Assembly: GCA_965649295.1 (NCBI GenBank)
Contig: CBFGKH010000001.1
Location: 224,001-288,000, forward strand
Source: a candidate division WOR-3 bacterium
Lineage (GTDB): Bacteria > Hydrothermota > Tepidihabitantia > Tepidihabitantales > Tepidihabitantaceae
DNA: 64,000 bases
Reading direction: 5' to 3'
Shown one piece after another: positions 28,502-39,700 of this stretch. Under the pieces are notes generated by a model. That model ran no database searches and was not told the DNA's origin. It saw only the letters and a program-made list of their open reading frames with translations. The translations under genes and the position numbers were made by a program. Positions within the stretch are counted from its first letter, which is position 1. Every line of letters starts with the position of its first letter.

Positions 28502-29461
28502 CTAACTTGTCCTATTACCGAAAAGGTCCAAGAAGCGATCCTCGTATAGCGAGAAAAGACCCCAGCGGTCCAGCTCTCGCTTCAATTCCAAGGCCTTGGA
28601 CCGATCGAGCTGGGCCTGTTCGAACAACTCCTCAATGTGCTGCATCAGCTCGTGCGGCTCCGGTCGCTCATCCTGACTATCAGGTGCCTCTTCGGCCCTT
28701 CGGGTCGTGGAGTGACCACCCGTCATCTGCTCACGTAACGAGCGAATCGCCTCGCTGACCCTGTTCTCAAACTCTTCAAGGAGTCGATCGGTATCACGCA
28801 CCGCCTGGTTGATTTCGTCGAGGTCAACTGAAGTATTGAGTATTCGTTCGAACACCTGCACTACCGCCCGCGAGGCCCGGGGATTAGGAGTTTCAATTGC
28901 ATATTGCGGCATGGTCGCCAAGAAACAGGCGGCCGGCAAACCTCGTGTCCGAGCGATACCAAGCAACAGGCCGTTGAGACCGGATATACGGCCTTCCTTC
29001 AAAGGAATGACGCCAAGTGCGCCAAACTCATCACGAATCTTCTCGTCAGTCGCCACCCCGTAAACTTCGGTTGGCTGACGATAGCTAATTGGCATGGCAT
29101 AGGCAGCACCCGTATAGACCGCACCGACTCCGTGAGACTGAGCGTAGTCAAGCAGCTCGTTGGCCAGCCGCAGACCTGATTCACCAGCAAGTTGGCCCTC
29201 GCCAACAAAGACAAGTACCGACGGTTCGACGACGTGGTATAGCGACTGTCGGGGCGGACTCGGCACCTGCCCGAGCCCATCGCTGACCATTATCTCATCA
29301 GGATGATAGTATGAGCTGACGTCAACCCTAGCAACTAGCTTTCCGTGGAGTTTGCGCCGAATATAATCAGCCGCACCCAAGCCGACCTGGCCCATGCCTG
29401 GCCAAGCGGCAATTAGTATCGGTACTCTGAAGTCGGTTTCAATTAAACTCTGTATTGCCAT
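28502..29461 (-). CDS. PAC2 family (proteasome assembly chaperone-like) protein
   Basis: LIAAWPGMGQVG, GRISGLNGLLLG, PNPRAS; C-terminal LKRELDRWGLF..YEDRFLDLF. Confidence 0.8.
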   Translation of the reverse strand: MAIQSLIETDFRVPILIAAWPGMGQVGLGAADYIRRKLHGKLVARVDVSSYYHPDEIMVSDGLGQVPSPPRQSLYHVVEPSVLVFVGEGQLAGESGLRLANELLDYAQSHGVGAVYTGAAYAMPISYRQPTEVYGVATDEKIRDEFGALGVIPLKEGRISGLNGLLLGIARTRGLPAACFLATMPQYAIETPNPRASRAVVQVFERILNTSVDLDEINQAVRDTDRLLEEFENRVSEAIRSLREQMTGGHSTTRRAEEAPDSQDERPEPHELMQHIEELFEQAQLDRSKALELKRELDRWGLFSLYEDRFLDLFGNRTS

Positions 29462-29468
29462 CTACTAC

Positions 29469-31094
29469 TTAGACGCGATCGGCGGGGCTCGAGTTCGGCA
29501 TTACTGACCGACGCCTGCCTAGCAGGTCGTGCATCGCGGCTTTGACCTCGCCTATCCCCGCGATCATCGCGCCAGACAAGTATACGCCAATTCCAGCCAG
29601 CCCGGCAACCCCCACCTGCAGCAATTGCTGAACCAATGAAATCGTCCCGATCAGCCGACGTAACAACTCGGCACAGCCGAAAGCTGCAGCAGCGGCAAGA
29701 ATGGCGACCAGTAGCACACGTACTGTCAAACTAGCAAGATAACGACCAGCCAACCCGCCAGCCCGACGACGGAGAATAGTGAAGAGTACGAAGAAGTTGG
29801 CAGTCTGCATGGCTGATGCAGCCAACGGGAACGAACGAAAACCGACCACACGCATAAGTATTACGTTCATCAGAATGTTCCCCACTACAACCGCGACGGC
29901 GACAAATGCCGGCGTCCGAGTGTCACCGCAGGCATAAAAACCGGCAGCAACATTGCGGGTGGCGGCGGCTGCCCAGATGCCAATACAGTATAGCGCCAGT
30001 GCCTGGGCGGTCAGCGCCGTGTCGCCGGCAGTAAACCGGCCATGCTCATACACCAGCCGGGTGACCGGCACAGCCAATGCCAGCAGCAGCAACGCGGCCG
30101 GTAGGGTGAGAACCGAAACCAATGCCATCGAATGCCGAAACCGCTCCCGAATCGCAGAGTATTGATTCTCAGCAGCACCGTGCGCAAACTCGGCAATCGC
30201 TACCGAGCCGATTGCTACGCCAAACAAGCCAGCCGGCAGATGCTGGATGCGATAGGCATAACTAACCCATGTCACTGAGCCCTCGGGCAGAAATGTCAGA
30301 AGAAAAGTATTGACAAGGAAGTTTACCTGCCAGGTGGCGAACCCCAAAACCATCGGCAGCCAGCGTCGCAGAACCTGCCCAAGTTCAGGCGACCGCAGAT
30401 CGAGTTCTGCCGAGTAGCGAAAGCCATGGCGAAAGAGCACCGGTAGCTGAATGGCGAACTGAGCAACCGCACCGACTACCACGCCCCAAGCCATGCCGAG
30501 AATCGGATTCTGTCCCCGCGCCTGAAAGAAACCAAAGCCTAGTGCCGGCACCAGTGCCGAGAAGAGGTTGAACGCGGTCGGCGCCAGTGCCGGCACAAAG
30601 AACGAGCCGCAGGCGTTGAGCACACCCATTGCCCACGCTGCCAGTACAACAAAGAAAAAGAAGGGGAACATGATGCGCGTCAAAGTGGCAGTCAACGCGA
30701 GCTTGGCTGGCTCCGCACCAAAACCCATCGCAATCAGACGGACTATTGATGGTGCCAACGCCATTCCAAGCAACGAGATGACAGCTGTAGCCAACGCCAG
30801 TGTGTTCAGCATGTTGGCGGCAAACCGCCAGGTACGAGCCCGGTCACCGGTGCGCAGACTTTGGACAAGCGTCGGCACAAAGGCAGCCGACAATGCGCTC
30901 TCCGCAAACAGGTCACGCAGGAAGTTAGGAATCCGAAACGCAACATTGAAGGCATCAGTAGCAAAACCGGCCCCAAACAAGCCGGCAAAAACCGACTCGC
31001 GCACCACGCCAGCGATTCGCGATAGCAGTGTTCCAATCGAAGACAGACCCACGCGTCGCGTAAAACGGGCATTCTCGGCAGAGGAACTGGCCAT
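29469..31094 (-). CDS. murJ: Lipid II flippase MurJ (MviN)
   Basis: TLLSRIAGVVRE, DAFNVAFRIPNFLRDLFAE.ALSAAFVP, LPAGLFGVAI; ATG at 31094 lies 6 bp after TATACT. Confidence 0.93.
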   Translation of the reverse strand: MASSSAENARFTRRVGLSSIGTLLSRIAGVVRESVFAGLFGAGFATDAFNVAFRIPNFLRDLFAESALSAAFVPTLVQSLRTGDRARTWRFAANMLNTLALATAVISLLGMALAPSIVRLIAMGFGAEPAKLALTATLTRIMFPFFFFVVLAAWAMGVLNACGSFFVPALAPTAFNLFSALVPALGFGFFQARGQNPILGMAWGVVVGAVAQFAIQLPVLFRHGFRYSAELDLRSPELGQVLRRWLPMVLGFATWQVNFLVNTFLLTFLPEGSVTWVSYAYRIQHLPAGLFGVAIGSVAIAEFAHGAAENQYSAIRERFRHSMALVSVLTLPAALLLLALAVPVTRLVYEHGRFTAGDTALTAQALALYCIGIWAAAATRNVAAGFYACGDTRTPAFVAVAVVVGNILMNVILMRVVGFRSFPLAASAMQTANFFVLFTILRRRAGGLAGRYLASLTVRVLLVAILAAAAAFGCAELLRRLIGTISLVQQLLQVGVAGLAGIGVYLSGAMIAGIGEVKAAMHDLLGRRRSVMPNSSPADRV

Positions 31095-31192
31095 CGCCGG
31101 AGTATAACCAACACCAGCCGGGCTGTCAGCCTCCGACGCTGTTGACTCGGCAAGGCTGGTTGCTACATTGAGCTGTTCGGGACCACCCAGTA

Positions 31193-31897
31193 ATGGCGAG
31201 ACGCGAGAAACCACCAGTCATTGCCGTGCGCGGCCGGCGCATCCGGCGCATCCCGGTGAAAACGCACGTCCTGGTCGAAAGTGACCCACTAATCGAGACT
31301 GTCCGGCGCTATGCCGCGCCAGTCCTCGAACGCGGTGACATCCTGACCATTGCCGAAAGCCCGGTTGCGGCAATGCAGGGCCGAGCGATTCCGGTCGAGC
31401 GGATTCGACCTGGGTTCTGGGCCAACGTCCTCTGGCGCTTTGTCAAGAAAGTCCCCTACGGTATCGGACTGCGCAGCCCCTGGTCAATGCAATGCGCCAT
31501 TGACGAAGTCGGGGCCCCACGCATCCTGCTTGCAGCTCTGGCTGGTGCCTGGGGCAAGTTGCGCGGTCGTAGCGGCGATTTCTATCGCGTCGCCGGCAAA
31601 CAGGCAGCAATGATTGACGCTGCCCACACCTCGGGTGTTCCCGAATTCTACAACTCTGTCATCCTCGGCCCGCGCGACCCCGACCGAGTTGCCACCGAGC
31701 TAGCGCAGGCACTGGGCTGTCCGGTAGCGATTGTTGACGCCAACGATATCTTCGGCTGTACGGTCGTCGGCGCTGCCCCCGGACTTGACAGTGAACTTGT
31801 CCAGTTAGCAATGAGCGATAACCCGGCCGGCCAGGGCAACGAGCTGACACCGATCGTCATTTTGCGCGACCTGGGGCCGGCCAGTGATTCGGATTGA
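31193..31897 (+). CDS. Coenzyme F420-0:L-glutamate ligase (CofE)-like protein
   Basis: IPVKTH, AESPVAAMQGR, IVDAND, DNPAGQGNELTPIVILR; true substrate unknown. Confidence 0.7.
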   Translation: MARREKPPVIAVRGRRIRRIPVKTHVLVESDPLIETVRRYAAPVLERGDILTIAESPVAAMQGRAIPVERIRPGFWANVLWRFVKKVPYGIGLRSPWSMQCAIDEVGAPRILLAALAGAWGKLRGRSGDFYRVAGKQAAMIDAAHTSGVPEFYNSVILGPRDPDRVATELAQALGCPVAIVDANDIFGCTVVGAAPGLDSELVQLAMSDNPAGQGNELTPIVILRDLGPASDSD

Positions 31898-31951
31898 CTC
31901 ACTACCAGCCCAACGCTACAATTCGGCCGAGAGGCTTACTGAGGATGATCT

Positions 31952-32896
31952 GTGCTGAGTGACCCAAGGGTAGTCAAGCTCTTTGAGCTGCTCCTGGAAA
32001 AGAATCTACCCGGAATTGAACCGGTGTTTGCCCCCAGCCGCGACAGCTGGGTCAGCTATCCAACAGTCGAACGGGCACTGGCTGTTGATGCCGACTATGC
32101 GGTGCAACTGCTGGAGGACCTCCATCGGCTCGGTTACCTGTCGCGTCGGTTTCACGACCGGGTGGCCTGCTGTCCGGCCTGCAATTCCCAAGACCTCAAA
32201 CTAACTAGCTCTTGTCCCAAGTGTGGCTCACCCCATGTTGGCCGCCAGCGCCTGCTCGAACACCGCAATTGTGGCTACGTCGGCCCGGACAGCGATTTTG
32301 CCAAGAATGGGTCTCGAGTCTGCCCCAAATGCCGGCTTGAACTTCAGCTCATCGGCAACGACTATCAGAGCCTTGGCCTACGTTACCGCTGTCAGGACTG
32401 CGGCGCCCTAATCGAGACGCCGATTGAACGCTGGCACTGCAACACCTGCCAGCGCAACTACGCCAAAGGCGACATTCGCGAGCTACTGCTCTACAGCTAC
32501 GTCCTTGACCAGGCCCAGATTGCCAAACTGCGTGTCGAACGGATCCCCAAGGCTCGCGTGCGGGAGTTCCTCGCCCGCGAAGGCTACGAGATTCAAGAAT
32601 CGGTCCAGATCACCGGTCGCTCTGGTGCCGAGCATCGCATTGACATCCTTGCCACCAAACGTTCTGGTCCGCTCGAACACCGCATCGTTATCGGCTTTGC
32701 CAACGCCGAACAAGAGGTGGACTCGGAAGAGATAATCAAGCTCTACGCCAAGGCCTACGATGTCAACGCCCAGGACATCATCATGATCGCCTCACCCAAG
32801 CTGTCCGAAGATGCCCGCCAGTTTGCGGCTCACTACCACATCCGCGTTTACAACGCCGACGAACTCGACAAACTTGAGTTCGGTCGGCCCAAGTAG
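31952..32896 (+). CDS. TackOD1-like multi-zinc-ribbon domain fused to an Mrr-like restriction-endonuclease fold
   Basis: Five CxxC motifs plus HxxC (CPACNS, CPKCGS, HRNCGYVGP, CPKCR, CQDCG, CNTCQ); C-terminal GRSGAEHRIDILA...ARQFAAHYHIRV. Confidence 0.7.
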   Translation: MLSDPRVVKLFELLLEKNLPGIEPVFAPSRDSWVSYPTVERALAVDADYAVQLLEDLHRLGYLSRRFHDRVACCPACNSQDLKLTSSCPKCGSPHVGRQRLLEHRNCGYVGPDSDFAKNGSRVCPKCRLELQLIGNDYQSLGLRYRCQDCGALIETPIERWHCNTCQRNYAKGDIRELLLYSYVLDQAQIAKLRVERIPKARVREFLAREGYEIQESVQITGRSGAEHRIDILATKRSGPLEHRIVIGFANAEQEVDSEEIIKLYAKAYDVNAQDIIMIASPKLSEDARQFAAHYHIRVYNADELDKLEFGRPK

Positions 32897-32940
32897 CTCC
32901 CGTCATTTGACAGTTACTGGCCGAACGCTACTCTCTAGTC

Positions 32941-33447
32941 GTGGTACGGCGATGGTTTATCTGGGCGGCGATTACCGCCCTCTTTCTTGACCAGCTTACC
33001 AAGGTTGCCGTTTACGGCGCCCTCCGTCCCGGCGAATCAGCCCGAGTGATTGGCAACCTGCTAAGGATAGTCCACAGCAGCAACGAACACGGTGTCTTCG
33101 GCATCAACTACGGCCCGCGGTTGCTCTACTTCATCCTGCCGCTTATCGGCTGTCTCCTCGTTGTCTTCTTTGCCCTGCGCAGCCGCGACCGCTGGTCGGC
33201 AACTGCCTACGGAATCATTCTTGGCGGAGCACTCGGCAACCTAGTTGATCGAATCCGGCTTGGTGGCAAGGTTATTGACTTTATTGACTTCGGCATTGGT
33301 GGCTGGCGTTGGTACACCTTCAACATTGCCGATGCTAGTGTCGTCATCGGTGTCCTGATGCTCCTTGGCCGCGAGTTTCTATTCCGCCCTCGCCCCAAAC
33401 CCGAAGCAATTGAGGCGACTAATGCAGCGAATCTACCTCGACAATAA
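32941..33447 (+). CDS. lspA: Lipoprotein signal peptidase II
   Basis: LDQLTK, N-x-G-x-FG, GGALGNLVDR, VIDFI, FNIADASVVIG. Confidence 0.93.
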   Translation: MVRRWFIWAAITALFLDQLTKVAVYGALRPGESARVIGNLLRIVHSSNEHGVFGINYGPRLLYFILPLIGCLLVVFFALRSRDRWSATAYGIILGGALGNLVDRIRLGGKVIDFIDFGIGGWRWYTFNIADASVVIGVLMLLGREFLFRPRPKPEAIEATNAANLPRQ

Positions 33448-34591
33448 CTCAACCACGCCGATTGACCCTCGCGTTGCGGCCGCACTCGAACGCTACATCC
33501 GGGAAGTCTTTGGCAATCCCTCAAACATCCACTCTTTTGGCCGTGAGTGCGCCGATGGGCTAGCCGAAGCCCGCGATGAGGTCGCCCGGTTCCTTGGGGC
33601 AACGCCCGACGAAATCTACTTTACCGGCTCGGGCAGCGAGGCTGATAACTGGGCAATCAAGGGTGTGCTTGCTGCCAGCCCTCCCCATCGGCAGCACATC
33701 ATTGCCAGCCCGATTGAGCACAGCGCGGTGCTCGATACTGTCCGCTATCTCGAATCACGCGGCGCCCGAGTCTCTTGGCTTCATGTTGATGGTCACGGCC
33801 TCGTTGACCCGGACGAAGTCCGACAGCTGCTGGCAGCCGACACTGCCCTGGTCACAGTGATGCTTGCCAACAACGAGATTGGCACAATTGAACCGGTCGC
33901 TGAAATTGCTCGCATCTGTCGTGAGGCGGGTGTGCTCTGCCATACCGATGCTGTGGCTGCCGCCGGCAAGATCGAAGTCAACGTCGCAACCCTTGGCGTT
34001 GACCTGCTTGCCATCTCCGGGCACAAGCTCCAAGCCCCGAAAGGTGTCGGCGCGCTCTATATCCGCAAGGGTACCAAGATCCATCCCCTCATTCACGGCG
34101 GTCATCAGGAACGTGGTCTGCGCGGTGGCACTGAGAATACCATCGGCATCATCGGCCTTGGCACTGCCTGTCGGCTACTTGCCACCGAGTGGCCGGCCAA
34201 CGCCGAACACGAACGCCGGCTTCGCGACCGGCTCGAAGCCGCCCTGCTTGCCCGGATTCCAGCGATTCGCATCAACGGCCATCCCACCCAGCGCACCCCT
34301 AACGTCTGCCACTGCAGCGTCGCCTACATCGAAGGTGAAGCCCTGCTGATGAGCCTTGACCTAGAGGGAATCGCTGTCGCTTCGGGCTCAGCCTGTTCCA
34401 GTGGCGGCAGCGGCCCGTCTCCCACGCTCAAGGCGATTGGCCTGCCGCCGCTCTATCTCAATGCGCCGGTGCGCTTCTCGCTCGGGCCGGGCAATACTGA
34501 AGAAGAGATTGACCGCACGGTTGCCGTCTTCGAGCAGGTTGTCGCCCGACTTCGAGCGATATCGCCACTCTGGCAAAACCGCTCCGGCTGA
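33422..34591 (+). CDS. Cysteine desulfurase (IscS/NifS family)
   Basis: IYLDNNSTTP, GNPSNIH, SGHKLQAPKGVG (PLP Lys), RGGTEN, SGSACSSG; ATG at 33422 overlaps the lspA end. Confidence 0.92.
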   Translation: MQRIYLDNNSTTPIDPRVAAALERYIREVFGNPSNIHSFGRECADGLAEARDEVARFLGATPDEIYFTGSGSEADNWAIKGVLAASPPHRQHIIASPIEHSAVLDTVRYLESRGARVSWLHVDGHGLVDPDEVRQLLAADTALVTVMLANNEIGTIEPVAEIARICREAGVLCHTDAVAAAGKIEVNVATLGVDLLAISGHKLQAPKGVGALYIRKGTKIHPLIHGGHQERGLRGGTENTIGIIGLGTACRLLATEWPANAEHERRLRDRLEAALLARIPAIRINGHPTQRTPNVCHCSVAYIEGEALLMSLDLEGIAVASGSACSSGGSGPSPTLKAIGLPPLYLNAPVRFSLGPGNTEEEIDRTVAVFEQVVARLRAISPLWQNRSG

Positions 34592-34594
34592 GAA

Positions 34595-35014
34595 TCAGGC
34601 GTCGAAGATGACATGCGCCTGCCAGCCCGCCGGCGTTTGCTTCAGGCTATACTCGTGATAGGTCGGTACCTTCAGCTCTATCTTCAGTCCGTGCCGGTCA
34701 AGGTCAAATCGCTCGCCGCTGAGCACCGCCCGCAGCCGAGTGGCTGTCACCTCTTCGAACTCTACCCGGCCAACAACAAAACCGCGCGTCGAGAAGAGAA
34801 ACAGCAACTCCCGCAGCCAGTCGAGCAGTAACTCCGCCTCGTCAGCCGCTGTCAGCGCAACCGTCAAATGCTCGCTGACCCGAACCTGCGCCAAATCAAT
34901 CATCACGTCAAATACACAGTAGGCGGCATTACGCAGTAGTTCGGCAAAACTGGCCCCATAGACCTCAACTCGGACGTCAGCCGTATGGTCAAGCAGCCGG
35001 TACTTCACAGTCAC
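34595..35014 (-). CDS. Archease
   Basis: YRLLDHTADV, LLDWLRELLF, ELKVPTYH, IFDA. Confidence 0.9.
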   Translation of the reverse strand: MTVKYRLLDHTADVRVEVYGASFAELLRNAAYCVFDVMIDLAQVRVSEHLTVALTAADEAELLLDWLRELLFLFSTRGFVVGRVEFEEVTATRLRAVLSGERFDLDRHGLKIELKVPTYHEYSLKQTPAGWQAHVIFDA

Positions 35015-36678
35015 TTCCGCCCCTTGCTACCATCATCAGCCAGCATCCGTTGCACCGGTACCACCAGCAGCCCAATTGCGGTCTGGACAACCGCCGGACT
35101 GAACCGCGCTGCGGCCAGCGCCGGCCGCAGACGCACGGCAATCTCACCGCCACCCAGAACTGGTAACGGCAGGCTGCCCTCATCACCGCCTGCCGACCGG
35201 GAACCATATTCTGCTATGACCTCATCACCGACAGTCACGCCGACCCAATCGCAGCCCAGCGCACCGGTCAGCAAGACCAGTGCCTCAACCACGTGCTCAC
35301 GCGGCGGCAGTCCCAGCGCCGTCAACCCAGAAATAGCCGTCAGCAGCGCGGCCTCTGGGTCCTGCTGGCAGTCGAGCTCGAACAGCAACCGGCTGGCAAA
35401 GCGGGCATCATCGGCCGCTCCCAGCCGCCGAAAAACACCGGCAGCCACACTCAGTTGTTCGCGAGCCGGCCCAGCCTCACCCTGCCTGAGCAGAAACCGA
35501 CCAAACTCAAATCGAGCTCGGGCCGATTCATAGCTCTCCTCACCAGAACCAAGAACTTCAAGAGTCTGTTCAAACTGCTGTTGGGCCCTGACTATCTCTC
35601 CGGCTTGCTCAGCCAGCAGGGCATAGACCAGCATTGCTGTCCCCTCCTCAGTCCGAAGCCCAAGCTCACGGGCCAGCGCCTGGGCGGCTGCTGCCAGTCT
35701 GCCAGCAGCCGCTGAGTCATTCTGAACAACCGCCAGCTCGGCCATCCGCAGCAGGCAGACAACCTCGCCGCGCCGGTCCTGCCCGCTCCGACAGAGCTCC
35801 AAAGCCTCGGCAAATGCTCTCTCTGCTGCGTCCACCTCACCCAATCTGGCCCGTGCTCGCCCCAGATTGACAAGTCCGTCCCGCAGTACCATCACGGTCG
35901 TAACCCGACTCCTGCCTGCTGCCACCACCTGCTCAAACAGCTCGGCTGCCGCCATCGCTCGGCCCCGTCCGAGCCATAGCTCGCCAAGCGCGTTCTTGGC
36001 ATAGGCGCCAATGTCTCCAAACCCATACTGATCACAGATGGCGATTGCCCGCTCCAGACACCCCACCGCGTCCTCCCAGCGCCCCAGTTGCCCAAGCACC
36101 AGTCCGATATTGACGTGCAGACCCGCGCCCGAATATCGGTCACCGGTCTCCTCATTCATCTGCAGGCAGGCCTGATAGTGCGCCAGCGCCTCCTCTAGCC
36201 GCCCCTGAAGCAAGGCGATATTGCCCAGTTCGTTGCGAGCCGACTGCACGCCTAGCGCATAGCCGGCCCGCTCTGCTGCTGCAACACAACGCTCGCTGCA
36301 AGTTCGCGCCTCATCATACTCAGCCCTGGCCAGATGGATTGCCGAAAGCAACGACCACGCCGATGCCTCCTGTTTGGCGTCGCCGGCAGCTTGGGCGAGC
36401 TCCAGTGCCCGCCGCACCTGTGCCCTGGCAGTGGCATCGTCGCCAGCCCGTAAGGCGATATTGGCCAGATGGCGACAGGCAGCCGCCTCACTGCTCTTAT
36501 CCCCAAGGCCCTTTGCCAGTTCCAGCGCCTCACGAGCCAGTGGCTCGCTTTCCAGGGCAGCGCCGTCTGAAAGCTCATCAGCGAGTGCCAGCAACCGGCT
36601 CAAACGTTCAGCCGGACTGGTAGCCGCTGCCAGCTCTGCCTGCAGCCGGGCTCGACGCTCTGCGCGCGTCTCAGCCAT
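35011..36678 (-). CDS. TPR-repeat (MalT-like) protein
   Basis: Repeated NELGNI/NIGLV/NALGEL/NLGRA...G..EEAL..Y..AL helices. Confidence 0.8.
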   Translation of the reverse strand: MAETRAERRARLQAELAAATSPAERLSRLLALADELSDGAALESEPLAREALELAKGLGDKSSEAAACRHLANIALRAGDDATARAQVRRALELAQAAGDAKQEASAWSLLSAIHLARAEYDEARTCSERCVAAAERAGYALGVQSARNELGNIALLQGRLEEALAHYQACLQMNEETGDRYSGAGLHVNIGLVLGQLGRWEDAVGCLERAIAICDQYGFGDIGAYAKNALGELWLGRGRAMAAAELFEQVVAAGRSRVTTVMVLRDGLVNLGRARARLGEVDAAERAFAEALELCRSGQDRRGEVVCLLRMAELAVVQNDSAAAGRLAAAAQALARELGLRTEEGTAMLVYALLAEQAGEIVRAQQQFEQTLEVLGSGEESYESARARFEFGRFLLRQGEAGPAREQLSVAAGVFRRLGAADDARFASRLLFELDCQQDPEAALLTAISGLTALGLPPREHVVEALVLLTGALGCDWVGVTVGDEVIAEYGSRSAGGDEGSLPLPVLGGGEIAVRLRPALAAARFSPAVVQTAIGLLVVPVQRMLADDGSKGRK

Positions 36679-36727
36679 AATCAGCTTCAGAATAGGTCAG
36701 CAACCAACCAAGTCAACGCTGCAACCA

Positions 36728-36753
36728 CAGCGGCGGCCTTACGGCCGCCGCTG
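36728..36753 (-). terminator. Hairpin, probable terminator of the 36773 gene
   Basis: cagcggcggcc-ttac-ggccgccgctg. Confidence 0.6.
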
Positions 36754-36772
36754 GCAAGGTTACGAACCGCGG

Positions 36773-39700
36773 CTACCGGGTCACCACCAGGCGCTGGACC
36801 GACTGCCTGCCCGCCGTTTGCAGCAAGACTAGATAGACTCCACTGCCCACGCGCCCGAGGTCAATCGCCGCCGTGCCATACCCAGTCGCAACACAACGAC
36901 CGGTCACGTCGAAAACCCAAGCACCAGTCCCCTCTGGCAATTGGAGCTTTCTGCCAGACCCGATCGTCTGTGCCGAATACCAACCGGGCCAAAGGCCAGC
37001 CGAAACGCTACCCGCCTGGCAACCATCAAAGCCCTCGGTGAGCTCTTCCTTTTTGCACTCGTAGGACCAGACATCATCACAACCGCCGCCCTTGATTGCT
37101 GGCAACGATACCGGCACCCCAGGTCGGTCAAAGCCGGTGTAACCAGTGATATCGCCACCGGCTTTCACCCGCCAAGGCTTGCCGCCGCTCCGGCTGGCCG
37201 GCATTGAATCGAGCGGCCGCCATTGATTAGTGCTGATGTTATAGACATAGAACTCATTGGTGTTGCCGCCTTTCAGGGCAACAATCACTCCGTCGAGATA
37301 GAACCCCGATGACCCGTCCTTCGCCTTCCGCTTCTTGCCACCGCTTTCAATCGGAATGCCGGGCAAGGCGGTCGGCGCCCATTGCCTGGTCTCGATATTG
37401 AACGTCCAGAGCTCACTGTACTTCGCCTTGTGCGCATAGATTGTGCTCATACCATCGCAGACCACCCAGGAACCTTCAGCCCACTTCGGTTTACGTCCGG
37501 GCGGCGGGCTGGGTAGCACAGACCATACCATGCTATCAATATCAAAGCGCAGGAAGTCGTCCTCGTAGCCCTTGAGGAAGTAGATACTTGGTCCGTCCGG
37601 ACCCTCGGCATAGACCATTCCGCCGCCGCCTTTCACCGCCTTGTTCGAAGGTTCAAGCGGCACCGGTTCCAGTTCCTGCCAGTGACCGGTGAACACATCA
37701 AATCGGAAAAACTCCCGGGTATTGCCGCCCTTGACCATGTAGAGATAGCGATTGCCATCAGAACAGGCGGTGCCACCTTTCTTTACCTTTCGCTGACTGC
37801 TACCGAACGGCACACTTTCCAGTGACTGCCAGCTATCCTGGCGCGGGTTCCAACTGTAGAAGTCCGACGTGTTGTTGCCCTTGACCAAGTAGATAAGCCC
37901 ATTCCCAACATGGTAGGTAAACGAGGCACCAGCCTTCGGCGCTTTACCCGAAGGCTCAGCCGGCACTGTGCTTCGCCAGCGCCAACCGGTAACAATACTC
38001 ATCACCAGCACCGAGTCGCTAATCAAGTCGTTACTCGGATCGCGGTCGTTCGTCGCCTCGGTCACAGCATTCAGCCGATACCTGCCCGTGACAACGGGAG
38101 TCCAGGCTGTGCCGAAAGAATGGTCAACGCTGCCGTTCACCGGCACCACTCCGGTCAACTCCGCCACGTTATAGACCTGGTTCCAAGCCGAGTCATAGAC
38201 GACAAACCGCACCGGGATTGGACTCGGCGCAGTTCCGTAGTTGCTCACCCTCACCTGCGGAAACACCGGCTCCCCAACGAGAATCGTGCCCTGCGGTGCC
38301 AGAATCGCAGTCGCTGCTGCGTCAGAAACGCGCACGTCGCCGCGAGCCACTGCCGTATCATTGCGCGGGTCAATGTCAGCCAGCATCGTACTACAACGGA
38401 CCTCGAACGGTCCCACCAGCAGAGCGTTCCAAGGCGGAGCAAACGTCACCAGCCGCGACTCGCCCTCCTGCAGCATCGTCACCATCTGCGTCTGTTGATA
38501 GCCACCAGTGATAGTCAGCCGAACGGCAAACGACTCGGTAAAAGTACCCCAGTTGCGGACAATCACTTGCGGCGTAATCACTTCACCTGAGTCAATCAGC
38601 CCGACCGGCGTGACAATTGCCTGCACGCCGACGTCGTGGAAACTCGTCGGTCTGCCATCGCGGCAGTAGAGCTCGACACCACCGTCCCGACCCGGCCGCG
38701 AATCCCGCCAGACGACAACCGTTCGCGAAGCATAGCTGCCCGCGATTGACGGCAGGTCAGGATTGCTCCCAGCCGGCAATGTGGTCAGTGCCACAATATC
38801 GTCCCAGGTCCCGCTCGGATTGCGCTCCCGAAATAGAATCTGTGGGTTCGCCATGCCGATAAGCTTGCCGGCCCAGACAACGTGTCCTCGGCCGTCCGGT
38901 GTCATCGCCAACTGACAGCCACCCTGGCCAACAGGGTTGCCCGGCTCCGATACCGTATCTGCTGCACTCCAGCCTCCGCCTGAGCGGAACTTATGGATAA
39001 TACGTTCCGCCGTACCGGTTGTTGGCCTGCCCCGCCAGACCACATGCGGCTCATTCGTCAGGGGGTTACAATTAATCGAAGGCCACCCCTGCGGACCTGC
39101 CGCCTGCGAAACATTCTCCGGCACCGGCTGCCAGCTACCACCACTTCGGGCCAGATAGAATATCTGGAATAGTCCCGAACCTTCGTCAAATCCGGCGTAA
39201 GCAAGATGGACGCTGTTGTTCCTGGCTCCAGCCAGAACCGGATGCTGTTTGGCCGTTGGCGAAGGAACGAGCAGTTGCTCTGGTCCCAGCGGGAGGCCCG
39301 AGGCAAAACTACGATAGGCGATTGCCCAATTATCTATGTCCAACCGCTCAATCCAAACTAGATGTGCTAGCCCATCCGGTGTTGTCGCCAGCCCTGGATA
39401 CTCGCGGTCGAAAGGTGGCGGCAGTGTTGCTGCCGCGATGGTCGGCGACCAGCCGCCATTACCCAGCCCGGTTGGCACGCAGCTCTTGAGATATATCATT
39501 GCGGTCGAACCGATGCCGCCGACCCAAGCCACATACACCCGACCGGTTGAGTCAACGCTAATCACCGGATTGCGGAGGAGGGTATCGCTGATGTCAGAAC
39601 TGATAATTGTGTCGGCAGTCCACTGCTGAGTCAGGGGATTGCGACGGATGTAGTGAATGGCCTGTACTGGTAGCGCCGAATACCAGACAACGTGCACCAT

